Shown here piece after piece: positions 1 to 12,879 of a DNA stretch of 64,000 nucleotides. Origin of the DNA: Lama guanicoe (lineage: Eukaryota); contig MU053513.1 of assembly GCA_013239625.1 (NCBI GenBank), positions 702,370 through 766,369 of the forward strand, written 5' to 3'. The position numbers and the translations under genes are program-made. Position 1 is the stretch's first letter; each line of letters begins with the position of its first letter. The notes under the pieces are model-generated. The model ran no database searches. It saw only the letters and a list, made by a program, of their open reading frames with translations, and had not been told where the DNA came from.

Positions 1-723
1 TGACAGCCAGCTTTCCTTCTTCCGCCCACCTACCAGTTTGCACACTGCCAACATGAGCTCACTCTCATTTTTTGACTGTACACCTGGTTCTCAGCCCAGT
101 TTCAAACAAGTGTCTCTTGACCGCGATTCAATTCCATTCCCAAGTCCTTCATGGGCCAGCTACTCCTCCTGCTGTCATATCCGTCTAAAGCAGTAAGAGT
201 TGGCCATTTCAGCACCAGCTCTGGCTGATCCCCATACTGCTGCCAATTGTTGCATTAGTAGAACAGTTTTATTTTAATGAAGACTATTTTGAAGCTTGGA
301 ATTTAATTCTCAGTCACAGAGCCTGACATTTCAGAAGATGCATCTGAAGAGTGAGGCCTCTCTGTCACCCCTGAATGAGCACCTAGGTAGGGGTGTCGTG
401 CTGCCATGCTTCTGATTCAACCTTGATGCCTTTTTTACATGAAGAAAACAGAACACTTCACAGAAGGGACCTTTTTTTTTTGTAATCTTGGAAACAATCT
501 TTAGATCATCCAAAATTAAACACACTTAAAACATTTAGATGAGCAAAGTTATAAAACTTCCTTGCATTAGTTTTATAACAAAACATGAGAACTAATGAAT
601 TGATGGTTATACATTAGTGCAACTATAAAAACACAGGCGTCATGTTTTCTGAATTATCATGTGATTTCACATTCTTACCTCACTTGATTGGACTTGCACA
701 CCCTTCTCTTTCACTAAATTTAA

Positions 724-1062
724 AGTTATTGTAAAATATTGGCTGTATTCCTATTGTGCTACATAATATATCCTTGTAACTTATTCATTTTATACAAAGT
801 AGTTTATCCCTCTTAATCCCCTGCTTCTCCCCCATTCCCTCTACCTATTGGTAACTATTATTTTGGTCTCTATGTTTGTAAGTCTGGTTTTGTTTCATTC
901 TATTCCTTTTTTGTTATTTTTTAGATTCCACATATAAGTGATAACATACAGTATTTGTCTTTCTCTAGCTGACTTATTTCACTAAGCATGATCCCCTCCA
1001 GGTCCATCCATTGTTGTTGCAAATGACAAGTTTTCAATCATTTTTATGGCTGGGTAAAATTC

Positions 1063-1101
<39 letters not shown>

Positions 1102-1290
1102 CACTTCTTTTTTAGCCTTTCATCTGTTGATGGACACATGTTGCTTGCATATGTTGGCTAGTGTAAGTAATGCTGCTGTAAATATTGGGGTGCATGTATC
1201 TTTTCAAATTAGTGTTTTTGTTTTCTTTGAGTATATACTCAGAAGTGGAATTGCTGGATCATATGGTAGCTGCAATTCCAATGTTCTTTG
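724..1290 (-). mobile_element. LINE-1 3' end fragment (3'UTR and ORF2 C-terminal region) with internal (CA)n
   Basis: Typical antisense L1 3' text (tttagattccacatataagtgataacatacagtatttgtctttctct...gacttatttcactaagcatgat...ggaattgctggatcatatggtag). Confidence 0.9.
1069..1098. repeat. (CA)15 microsatellite
   Basis: Directly visible perfect dinucleotide run inside the L1 fragment. Confidence 0.97.
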
Positions 1291-1364
1291 TTTTTTAATC
1301 AATAAATGGCACTACTGTGCCTGATTACTCAGGTATAGAAGTCATCCTGCAAACCATCCGTGCC

Positions 1365-2160
1365 CATTTCCACTTTCAATTAATCACTCAGTCCTACCAA
1401 CTTTACCTCTTAAATGTCTCTCATCTGTTATTTCTTGTTTTACTGCCACTACCCTAATTCCAACTTCTATTGTCAACTCTCTGAATGACAGCAGTAGTTT
1501 CCCTGTTACTCCTTTCTACTCACTCTTCTCATTTTCAGTCCAGAACAACCATCACATAGCATCCCCGGCCATCTTTTTGAAATAAAAATATGGCTATGTC
1601 CCTCTTAATTTAAAACTCTTTTATATCTAATTGTTCTTAAAATAAAAATCATAGCCTTTGCATACTAACAGGAAGGTCAGCAGAGTGAGGACTACCTCCT
1701 CAGCCCGCGATGCTCCATTATCTCTATCAACACCCCCCCCCAACCCAAGACTCTGGTCTTCCTCAAGCCGTCCACATCAGGACATTTGGACATGCTGCTT
1801 TCTATACCCACAGCACTATTTCCACTAATTTCTACCTTCTCTTTTATTCATACCTATCCATCCTTTAGAGATCAGTTGAATTTAGTGTCTGGAGGAAACA
1901 TTTCCTAACCCCAGACTATAACAGATCCTCCCAGTTACTCTCCTAGAACACTTCCAACTTTCTTATTACCTGCTATCTAAATTGTACCTTCATAACTACT
2001 TATATATTGTTTTGTCTGTGTGCTCTGCGTGAACATGAGCTGCAGGAGGGCAAGGACTGCACCTGTCATGTTTGTTCCTGTATCTCCAGCTATGGTTTAC
2101 ATAGTTGAAACTGAAGAAATATATTTTTAATGAAAGAAAGAATGAATAAATGATGACCAA
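1365..2160 (+). mobile_element. Degraded LINE-2 3' portion
   Basis: L2-like motifs (actgccactaccctaattcc, atcctttagagatcagttgaa, ctgtatctccagc) ending in an aatgaa-type tail. Confidence 0.7.
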
Positions 2161-3027
2161 ATGAAAGAAATTTGTAAAGAAATCTGTGTGAATATTTGTG
2201 ATTAGTTTCAATTAAGTTTTTTTAAATAATGATTAGCTTCCATAATGCAAAAAAAAAAGATATCAACTTTAGTTATCACAGGCATGATAGTCTGTCAGTC
2301 CCCAAAGTATATCTCATATTAACAGACCTCTTACCAAAAACCCAGCTTTTTCTAAGTTGAATTTTGAGCACAGTTACAACGTGGCTGTTGGCACTTTAAA
2401 TTCTTCCACTCTACCCCCAAGCTTCTGGATTCTAAGTGATATCCACTCCAGACACCTTGAAATCTGACTGTAACATTGCTTGCACATCACCTCATGACCT
2501 TTGCTCAGCCAGTAAATTGAAGTTTTATGTCCCTACAGTTAAGTTGGAATAAACTGGAAAATGGAGTTTTCTTCACTATTAGTTTTAACCTATCTAATCT
2601 TCTTGCTCAAGGGATTCACCTCAGCTCAATTATCACATCCAGAAGAAGATATAAGTCTTACCTATTTGTTCATCATCTAACAGTTTCCAATGGTGTCATT
2701 GATACCCACCAGCCAGAGCCACTGACCACTCAACCTTACCAGAACCCAAAGGACTATAAAATACTATGAGGTGTGAATTGTGCCTTTTTATGTTCATAAT
2801 TTAACTTTCTCAGGCCTCTCAAATGAGAGTTGCCGTGGCAGTTAAAAGGTTGACAAAGCAGATTGATATTTTTATCTAAAGTATGTAACATAATTATTTA
2901 ATGTCTTAGATCATATTCAATTCACATTTTCACTATGTCTATAACTAGAAACAAGTCTGATAATAAGATAAATCCATTAGCCAGTGAAGATATGTCTAGG
3001 TTTGGCATACTTTCAGTATAAAGAGAA

Positions 3028-3240
3028 GTTTTTTATTGAAGTATAGTTAATTTACAGCATCGTGTTAATTTCTGATATGCAGTGTAGTGATTCAGGATTT
3101 TTGCAGATTATACTCCATTGTGGGTTATCACAAGGTAATGGCTATAACTCCCTGTGTTATATAGTATGCCCTTGTTGTGTATCTATTTTATACATAGTAC
3201 TTTGTATCTGTTAAGCCCATACCCCTAATTTGTCTCTCCC
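3028..3240 (-). mobile_element. Short 5'-truncated LINE-1 3' terminus
   Basis: T-run followed by attgaagtatagttaatttac...gctataactccctgtgttatatagta, the antisense extreme 3' end of Laurasiatherian/artiodactyl L1. Confidence 0.85.
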
Positions 3241-3854
3241 AGAAACTTTTTTTTATTGTTAGCCCCCGAAAATAAATTCATTCAACTGATTTTTTTTTTA
3301 ATGGATTTAACTGGTAACCAGATCATAGGTTCTGTTGTCAAATTACATGGCAGAACAGTTTCATGCACATCATCATGTTTGTAGCTTAGCTTTGTTTTTC
3401 TACTAGTGACTCTCAAGGAAAGATCAGGAGTTGTCACGTGGTCCGCCTCCACCCCAAGAGTCATCCTGTGAGCAGGACTATTTGATAAAGGTACTGTGAA
3501 CAATTCAGCAGCAAGCGAGGAAGTAAACAGCAAAGGACCAAGTGAGAGAGAGAAACACCCTCCCACAGCCCCAGACTACAAGCTGCTCTCTAAACACAGA
3601 GCGTGTTTCTCATATTCTAAATCAGCAGGGTATATACCAAAACATCAAACCTGGGAAACAAATACCTCCTACCTATTAAAGCATAAAGAGAAACATCTTT
3701 CTGTAATCCAAGAAAGTTCACTACAATAAGATACAAAGCCCTGGTTGCTCAGATTCGATTGTAATTCTCTTTTATTATGCTAACATCTCTTTTCCTGAAC
3801 GGATCTGTTCTTTCCATTCAGCAAATAACTTCCTTGTTAATAGAAGCAGGATTT

Positions 3855-4200
3855 ACAGGCCCTCTGTATCTCCCCAGCATCCAGAAGAGTGCTGGGTGCA
3901 CACTAGATGCTCAGTAAATAATGGAAGCATTATTTTATTTTACTCAAGTTTTGAACCAAGGTGATTATATGGTAACATAGCAATATAGAAAATAAACGTT
4001 TTGCTGCTCTTAGATTTATTGCTATTCTTTCTGCTTAGAATTCCCGTCTGCCCCTCTTTCAGTTGGCCAGCTCCCTAGCCATACCTCAGGTTCAACTCAG
4101 TGTCACCTCCTGCACATAAAATCTTCCTTGATATCCACATGGCACAGGTAGCATGCCAAACTTTATGTCCCTGTAACTCCCTAATCATCAATCTTTCAGC
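3855..4200 (+). mobile_element. LINE-2 fragments
   Basis: L2 3'-terminal motif ctgtatctccccagcatccagaagagtgctgg...atgctcagtaaata plus a downstream L2-like segment. Confidence 0.55.
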
Positions 4201-4845
4201 ATTCACCAACAAAATAAAAATAATTTATAGTACTCCTCTTTTGCCCACGATTGTAGATCTGCTGGGTGCAGCCGGTTAACTTTTTTCATTTTGGAACTGA
4301 ATTTTAAAAACTTTTTAACATTAGAAATAGATTTTTAATAAGAGTCAAATCAAGGGAAGGGGATGATATGCCCTGATTGTAATTTCCATTAAATTCTAGA
4401 CATTCTTTTTCCTCTCTTTTTTGTTTTCATTTTCAAACTCCACATATTATAATTTTACTCTCAATGTGAAATGCACCCTTTACAGTTTCAACAGTTTCAT
4501 AAAGTTGGCTACTTAGCAAAACTATCCTTTAAAAACAAATGCCTTAATTCTTACAGGAATTCAGTTAAAAATCAGAAGAGTGAAAGCTTGCATATCTATC
4601 ATGTCAATCAGTGACAAGTTGTTAAAAACAAATTTCTGAGGATAAATGTAAAATTAGCTTTTCCAATAATCTTTTATTACATCTTCGGATTTAGGTTTTT
4701 TTTTTTTTCCCCAAATGTAACTTGAATACAAAACTCTTTGTGAAACTTGAATTTCTAACATTGTTCATTAAACAGAGACAAATTTTATGTTCTGAACAGC
4801 TTTTATGTTTCCACACCTTTCAGAACGTGACAGTAGAGGCTGTGA

Positions 4846-4867
4846 GTGTGTGTGTGTGTGTGTGTGC
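4846..4867. repeat. (GT)n microsatellite
   Basis: Directly visible. Confidence 0.9.
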
Positions 4868-5545
4868 GTTTGCACTCGCATGTTTTAATGGTTGTTAGTC
4901 CCCCATTTAGGGTTTTCAGAACAATGCTTGAATGCCTCATTACTTTGTAAATAATTCTCTCCAGTTTAGGTTTTCATGAGAAATCCTAAGGCTAGAGGGT
5001 TTTAGATTTTCTTTTTCCACGTGGCGTACTGGTGATATACTTTCAGGACTTTCAACGTCTTGTGTTTATAAGTTTCACCTCCATGTTGAAGTTTACCCGA
5101 ACCCTCTAATGCCTAAGGATCTCTGGCAGCTTGTATTTGTATGTATAAAAGATAGGCCAGATCTCCGTGGGAGAACATTCAAAATAGAAACAAATGTACG
5201 CCTGCTTGCTTTATGCATTAAACATTTTTCTCCAAATACTTCAGGAATGAGAGTTTTAAAACATTAATATCCTTAGTATTCTAAAATCATGTTCTTTAGA
5301 TAACTATTAATTTTTCATATTATGGCAATTTAACATCCTTAGAGGTCTGGTATCTTTATAAATTCCCTTCTATCTTATGAAACCCTATTTCCTATGAAAT
5401 CTTATGAAATTTTTTTTTTTCTGAATACAAATTAGTTTACACTCCATGGTTTTAGTTTAAACTAAAAACCCAAAGTTATAAGTTAATAGAAACCTCAATA
5501 ACCCATGTTTACCTTTATTAGTTAAATCTGAATTAACACAGAAAT

Positions 5546-5656
5546 AGTCATCCAATGCTTTTTCAGAACAAACAAGGAAACCTAAGTTGCTTTCAAAAAG
5601 TCATCCAATGCTTTTTCAGAACAAACAAGGAAACCTATGTTGCTTTCAAAAAGTCA
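5546..5656. repeat. 53-bp tandem duplication (2 copies plus 5 bp)
   Basis: Units start at 5546 and 5599 and differ at one base (cctaag vs cctatg); agtca recurs at 5546, 5599 and 5652. Confidence 0.97.
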
Positions 5657-6579
5657 AGTTAGAATGAGGTCTGGGACTGTTAAAAACTGGAAAAGTTACT
5701 TTGATTATAAAGAAACCTGAGTAGAAACATCTGGAGTTACTCAACAGGTTTGCAAGGAATGTTGATTTCTCACCTGGGCATGCGTATGTTCACTTCTGTG
5801 ACTCATTGTGGTTAAGGTTGGCTCTAGATCCCTTGCTCATAGATTATTGCATATTAATGGCAACATTCAAAGGCCATCTCTAGTTGGAAAAGTATCTCCA
5901 CGTGCCTCTGTTCACAGTTTCCTAGGCACTCCTCCCTCAGACTCCAGACATGTTCGGATACTGCTGAGTCCAGTTTCCTTATGACAGGTTTCTCACTTTA
6001 GGACTCAAGAACATAATGGCCCAGAATTTCTCCCTTGCCATCTTTAAAATCAATAACCTTAAAACAATCTTATTGCTCCCTTCTGAACATAGGGCCAAAT
6101 CTACATTCCAGCTGGAGTCAAACAGCCACATAAAACACACACACCACATACACACACACAAATATACACATAGCGATGAAAATTTCTAGCCACAGTTTCT
6201 CCTTGTGTGGGAACATGGGATTTCGATCATGTACCTTCTAGGTGGGGAAACCTGAAACCCTGACTGCTTATTTCTTATGAGCATTGAAAAACCATTAAAA
6301 GTATGTTTCTTTGGACAGTGATAGGACATTGCAGATTTTCTGTTCTGCTTCTCTGTGTTTTGTGCCATCTTAAATTTTATCATTCACAACATTTCAAAGT
6401 CCATGTGCTGGGAACACATGGGATTCTCAAGGTTACAAAGAAATAAATGCATATTTAAAAGCCCCTAGAGAATCACAGATAAGACAGTTTAGATTTATTT
6501 ACAGCCCATGTATGCAAGAGTCTATTTAAGTAAAGGAGGAGATTGGAGCAAAATAGCCAATATATCACATCTTCATCCT

Positions 6580-6795
6580 GCTTTGTCAATTTCTATATCT
6601 TGTCTTTTCTTTTGTTCCCTCATAGTACTTGTTACCCCTTGAAATAGTATGGATTTATTCATTTATTTATGCACCAAAATTAAAATCATGTAAGAGTAGG
6701 GCTTTGCTTGTTTGTGTACTGCTCAGTTTGCCCCCAGAATAGCACCTTGCACATTCCATAGGCTCAGGAAATACTAGACACAATGGATGAGTGAA
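6580..6795 (+). mobile_element. LINE-2 3' end fragment
   Basis: catgtaagagtagggctttgcttgtttgtgtactgct...agaatagcaccttgcacat...ggctcaggaaata resembles the L2 3' terminus. Confidence 0.6.
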
Positions 6796-7337
6796 TCATC
6801 ACAGAGAAACCAGATTTATCATCAAAAGAAGCTGGTTGATTTCCTTTTATAGGGCTAGAGGGATGGTAACACCAAACATAATCTTTCCACGGAAAATGTA
6901 AATGGTAAGTGAAGACTAAATGGCACAAGAAACGTGGTTCTGTGTTCACTAGAAACAAATCTTTATTTGCTGCCTGGGAAGCAAAATAAAGTGGGGCAAC
7001 AAGGACTGACTTGTTAAGTCAGAGGCATGTTGTATCGCACTAAACAATGCAGTGGTTACTGACCTTCCTGGTCAGCCGTGGGGATGGGACACAGGACCGT
7101 AGAGCCGTTCTCTGCCACGGGCTGATGCCCTAGGCTTGCTGTGTGGCAGGAAGTGCATCGGACCCCAGGTTCTGCCTCCGTTACTGAGCAAGCGCTCGGT
7201 TAATGCCAGCCCTTAGCATTATTATCATTAACATTTTTATTATTAGTTACACAGTGTATACACATTTGACCCTTGAACAACACAGGTGTGAACTGCCCAG
7301 GTCAACTTATTAGCAGATTTTTTCAGTAGTAAATACT

Positions 7338-7518
7338 TCTCTAGAGTGCAGCACAGGGAACTATAGTCACTATCTTGTAACAGCTTATGGTGAAAAACAA
7401 TATGAAAACAAATATATGTATGCTCCTAGATGACTGAAGCCCTGTGCTGTACACCAGAAATTGACACAACATTGTAAACTGACTATACATCAATAAAAAT
7501 ATATTAAATTTTTTTAAA
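7338..7518 (+). mobile_element. 5'-truncated LINE-1 3' terminus nested in the Tigger element
   Basis: agcacagggaactatagtca...gctgtacaccagaaattgacacaacattgtaaactgactatacatcaataaaaa; flanked by probable TSD tagtaaatact / tactaaatact. Confidence 0.85.
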
Positions 7519-7654
7519 TACTAAATACTACTACACCATCCCAGGTTGGCTGGATCCACGTCTGCCCAATCACAGATACAGGAGGAACCATGTATATGGA
7601 GGAATAATATATACAGAGGGCCAGCTATATAAATTATAGATGGATTTTCAACTT

Positions 7655-8076
7655 CACTCTTAGATTTGTTGAAAGTGTGTTTGACATTTGTATAAAAGAA
7701 TCTGATTAAGTTGAGATATCTAGGTGCGCACCAAAGAAATAGGTAACAACTAAAATTAGATTTCTTCTTCATAGCTGATTTGTTCCCTCATTTGTAATCA
7801 GTAAGAGAGGCTGTCTAGATTTGGGGGTGGCTCTGTGATTTGGGGCCGTAACATGTGATAAGTGAACTCAGTATGCCAGTTTTATGTTAAGCTATTCGGA
7901 TTTTCTCAGTGAAAGTTAACCCCCCTGCCTCCCCAGCCTAGCTATACTTCTTAATGACTTCTGGACCCTGCGCCCCGCAGTGCAGTCTGAAGAAGGTATT
8001 GCAGTCAACCATGTACTGATGATAAAAGCCTCTGGTAGCAATAAAAGTTGTCCTTAACTTTTGTAAAAAAAAAAAA
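7655..8076 (+). pseudogene. Probable processed (retrocopied) mRNA 3'UTR fragment, parent gene not identified
   Basis: Non-repeat-like ~420 bp interrupting the Tigger element; AATAAA at 8040-8045 followed 19 nt later by A12 (8065-8076). Confidence 0.7.
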
Positions 8077-8154
8077 GTGGGTGCCCCTGAATCCTGTGTT
8101 GTTCAAGGGTCAGCTGTATATGTACATATTTATATGTTACTATGTATAACGATT

Positions 8155-8345
8155 AAGGGGGTCAGTTGGATTTGGTTTAAAATCCTAGCTCTGCTACATA
8201 CCGACTGGTGACAACAGGCAAGATGCTTCATGTCTCTGAACCGAGTATCCTCATCCATCGCCCTGAACTGTTGTAAGTGCTAAGAGACACAGTACATCAA
8301 GGAGCTTTACTCATGTCTGGAAGGAAAGTGATGATTATGATTATA
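8155..8345 (+). mobile_element. MIR SINE
   Basis: ggtttaaaatcctagctctgctac...ggtgacaacaggcaagatgcttcatgtctctgaaccgagtatcctcatc resembles the MIR core. Confidence 0.75.
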
Positions 8346-9139
8346 AAGCCATGTCAGTTCACACAAATAAAAGTCATGAAAATAGAACAGACTAAAATGC
8401 CAGTATACCAGGAAAAGCTGCCTTTCCAGGTAGAAGCCTCATTTGTGGGAAAGATCTTAAGAATTCCTACATTTCTTCTAACTCCTTGATATTGTACTTC
8501 TGTAAAAGTAGATGAAGTGACTCAAACTGTCACTTAGAATTATTGCCACTGAAAGAACAAAAAACAAAATAAAGAGAATATATGTAGTTGTGTATACACA
8601 CACACACACCCCCAGTTATATGAGCAAAATACACAAATATCTAAAAGATGTTTGAGGTCAAAAATATTTTAACTCGAAGTTGGTATTTTTGAAAAGATCT
8701 CCAACATAAAACTGTTTGCCTCTAGGCCTCAAAAATATATTTGGCTATTGCCCCACTTAGAGTTTGTTTTAAGGCTTACACGTAGACTGGAGAGTTTACC
8801 CCCAAAGGTCCTTGTTTTCTCCGTGTTCTCTGAGCACTGAATTTTCTTTTCCCCTTGACTGGGGAAGTTTTGTTGCGTATTTTCATATCCCATAAACACA
8901 CATACGCTTGCACACTGATTCTATTTTCAGTCAGGCAATATAGAACTTTAAATAGTCCCTGGTATATATCACAATTTCATCCGTTACCCTTTCTCGTCAT
9001 AATGAAATACATATACTAGCGATGTTGGTAGCCCTGTGTGTGAAGCAGAAGGGTGATGGATGCGGCTCTCAAAAGGTAAAATAGAAAGAACAGAACAATT
9101 CCAGCCACCAAAATGGCAAATACATTAGTGTTACACATA

Positions 9140-9141
9140 TG

Positions 9142-9177
<36 letters not shown>
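9140..9177. repeat. (TG)n microsatellite, one interruption
   Basis: Directly visible; explains the THTHTH ORF at 9016-9201. Confidence 0.95.
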
Positions 9178-9179
<2 letters not shown>

Positions 9180-9497
9180 CACTTTCCCAAGGATTAAACA
9201 AGAATTCTCAGTGCCCATCTACACAGTGATCATCAAGTGAGGAACATAATTTTGAAGTAAGTAAATTTTCCCTTCGCTGTTCGTTCCTTTGCATTCTGTA
9301 CCCTTTTTAATCCCTCTCCAGAACTGAAAACCTACACCAGGTCTCTTATTTTCCAAAGACCATTCCCAGTGTGAGCTTCTGACAGCGCTGCCTTCTCTGA
9401 TGGGTGCCCGGGTTACGGGGGTCTGGGTGTCCCCCGCCCTTACGACATGATTGCTGTCCAACCATAGATTCCTTTCAACCAGCGCTGCTGTCTGTAT

Positions 9498-9724
9498 CAG
9501 AGGGTGACCATCCATGACCTGTGGGCCGAATCTAGACCGTCTCTTTATGCAAGTGAAGTGTCACCGAACACAGCCACGTCTGTTCATTTGTGCTTTGTCC
9601 ATGGTCTCTTTCTAACTACCATGGCAGAATAAATAGGCACCACAGAGAACACAGAGCCCACAAAAGGCAAAATATTTACAATTCGGTCCTTTATTGATGT
9701 TTTTTTTTTTTTGTCTTACCCTAG
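9498..9724 (+). mobile_element. hAT-Charlie MITE (MER58A-like)
   Basis: ctgtgggccgaatctagacc...gaacacagccacgtctgttcatttg...gcccacaaaaggcaaaatatttacaattcggtccttta is colinear with the MER58A consensus as I recall it. Confidence 0.8.
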
Positions 9725-12700
9725 ACCATAACTATATTAGACTCACTCAGATCACTTCCCCTAATTTTAATTTCATTTTGTGCCTCCCAGTCTGCCTCAA
9801 GGCCTGGCTCTGACCGTCTCAGCTTTGGCACTCTTAGCCCGTCTTCCCCTCTGACGTCTCAGACATCCCTGGCCCTGGCCCCCGAGTCAGCTCTTCAACA
9901 GCCCACCCGGTTCTTCTCCCCAGCTGCCCTGCGCAGGCCTGAGGTGGCGAGGACCCCGCTTCGGAAAGTCAGCCAAGCCTGATCTGGTCTGGCTTCCACT
10001 CCTCCACTTCGACCCACAAAGCTTATTTCTTTTGGATTCACCTGTTCTCTCAAATAAGTCCCCTTATTTGATGGACTGAACGTTAATACACTAGGTCACT
10101 AAATTTACATGTACAGATGTAGGAAAATATTTCCTTGACCAATCTGCCCTCAACATAGGACATTTTTCTGCTTTGAAATAATGGCCAGGCTTCAAGCAGC
10201 TGAGTTACTTTTCTCAAGAAGAAACAGCAAATTAAATCTCTGTAACTTGTAAAGCCACTCTAATAAGAGTAAATCTAGAGGTAGTCAGGGAATTTTAGCT
10301 AAAAAGAAACTGTCTTTTTTCACGTTAACCTGTGGTTCCCTCATTCTTCATGGTATTCAAGCTACAGCCACATTTCCACAAATCATTGTGTTTTTATACT
10401 ACAGAGAAATATATTGAGGCTCATAAGTGGGAAACTGTTATTCATAGAGTCATTCATTTTGGGTTCGTTTTTCTGAGTTCTGTTTTTAGCTAAAAAATAT
10501 TTGTTTGGGGTAAACTCACTTTAGTTTACTTTATATGTTATTGCCCGTAGTAAAGGACAATATGCCTGAATTTCACAGGTCTCTGGGAGCTATGTAAGAA
10601 ACTCTCTTGCATTCCTTGGTGGGGGTTTCAACCTCAGCCGAATTTTTTATAGAAGGATAAGTTTTAGAAGTGAAAAAGCCCAGGAGTCTTTCTTAGGCTA
10701 ATAAATGATTATCATGACCTACAAATACAACCCTGATTAATGAATTTTCTAAGGGCCACTCCCTGATCCTTCTCTTTATCATGACATTTACTTCCAGATA
10801 ACAACTTACTTAAAAGTTTCACCAAAACTTAGAGGAACAAAAGACAGGGCATGAAAGGGCTTTCATTTTAGTATTTATCTTTTTTGAGAGTTATTGCCAG
10901 TTTATACAATGGCTACTCTGTTTGCCTACAAAGTCTCAACTCTAACAGTATCTCATTCATTATTTATAAAGCACATTAGGATACTCTGAGTGTGGAAGAT
11001 GCTACAGAAAACCAATTCTCCTCTTCTTGTTGTGTTAATCCTGGATTAAAATTAATGAATTTTATAGCAGACAGAAAATGAAATAATACATAAAGCATAT
11101 TAGGCAAATACAACAGAATTCAGAAAATTAATTTTTAATACATTTCACATTGTAACTTCTTGGTTGAGGATGATGTGATGTTCACTTTTATTCTGATATT
11201 TCTATAAGCCTTGTGGTAAAAATTATTACAGTATATGGTCTGTCTTCACTAACCTAGCTATGGTGAAGCTGTCCAGAAAATGAAATATGGATTTAACCAC
11301 AACAGTGAGTCAAACTGCCTCAAGTCATCACGTGTACACTTTATTCCTGTAATATCTGTGTTCTGCACTTCCCCATCTGATAACTTCATGTTCAAGTTAC
11401 TAGGATTGGAGGTTATTTTACAGCATTAGACTCATGTCAGAAGGAACAAAATCTAAGCCCATGAAATCTTGTGTATATAGGCATTTGGAGGAAATATTGT
11501 TAACTGTAAATAGGGAGAAAATATAGGCAAAAACCAAAATAAGAGATTTCACCCAGCATGTGATTACCATAGTAGTTTTTATGCAAAGCATGTACAGTGT
11601 GTACGGCTTGGGGTGAAGTGGCTTTGCCACGTTGGGTGTCACTTCTTGCCATCTGTAAAGTGAGGGGTGAGTGGGAAGAGGCTGTGATGAGAACATACAG
11701 CACTGCTGTGATAATTAGACAAAAATGTCTCTCTCTGGATAGACGCAAATCCTAAGAACACAGCTTGGTTCAAATTAGAAGGCGGCACTTCTTACGCTGG
11801 GCGGACAGACACATCCCTGGCTCAGGGTAAAAGGCTTGGTCAACAGACTGGAAATTTGATTTTATCTTTCACTTTCTGCTTTAGTTGGACACTCTTCGGC
11901 AATGAACAACCTGCGCATATATGTATGGCAGCTTTGGATGAGTTAGAGAAGTAGACAGCCTCTAATTTCTTCGTCTCTCCCAACATCCATTCTTTCCATG
12001 ACTGTAATATAGAAGCACAATGTTCAGAACAAGATGATTTATGCTCAGAGCAGACATGGATAACCACTTACATTTCTGGGTACTACACTGACAACTCAGA
12101 GTATGCATCTACACGTGGTGTAAAATAGTGGTGATGGTCACTAAATCATGCCGTATAAAAGAATGGATAAAGGGACTGGAAATTCTTAGCATGACAAAGT
12201 AATGGCTAAAGAGAAGTGAGACAGAAGGAACAAAACAAGAAGGTGTATCTTTCTTATGGATACAAATAACAGCAAGGCAGATTTTAATATAAAAAAGAAT
12301 TTCTAATAGAACTATTTAAGCATGGGTTAAGTTAATTTCAGGAATAGCAAACTGCAAATGACTCACAGTGTTCAAAGTAATGGTGGACGGTCACTGGCTT
12401 GGAATATTTTAGAAGGAATCCATTTAGTCCAAAGGAGGTCAGTGTCTCTGCAAATGCGATTTAACACTAAAGCACGAGGGTTTTAAGGGATAACAATTCT
12501 ACCTCATGACATTTTTTGAACACCTGCCGTGTTGCAAGTTCTCTACCATCTGCTAGGAAAATGCAGATAGATAAGAGCTAATTTATTTTCTCAAAATACA
12601 ACAGAACATAAAAATAAATATACACACATTAAATACACTATCAATATAAACAATACTATGAGTTTTTTTTTAATAATAAATCAAAGAAGGCTTCTTGAAA

Positions 12701-12879
12701 TAGGCAATGTTTGATTGATTCCCAAGGGAAAACAGGGCCAGAATTGCCCAAAATTTCAATAATGAGAAAGAAGAGATCGCCTGAGAAATCCAGGTGGCTT
12801 CCTAGGTAGGAGCCTACAATTTAACATTTACCTTGACAAGTTCACCATTTTCCAGTGACCAGTGAACAAAACTATTTAC

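Larger units (their letters stand above)
7263..8116. mobile_element. Non-autonomous TcMar-Tigger DNA transposon (Tigger2/MER8-like), interrupted by two insertions
   Basis: 24-bp terminal inverted repeats: catttgacccttgaacaacacagg (7263-7286) and cctgtgttgttcaagggtcagctg (8093-8116), 22/24 identical; TA follows the right end. Confidence 0.9.

Noticed and set aside
5546..5656. CRISPR-like repeat
   Set aside because: Two directly abutting units with no spacer, in mammalian DNA.
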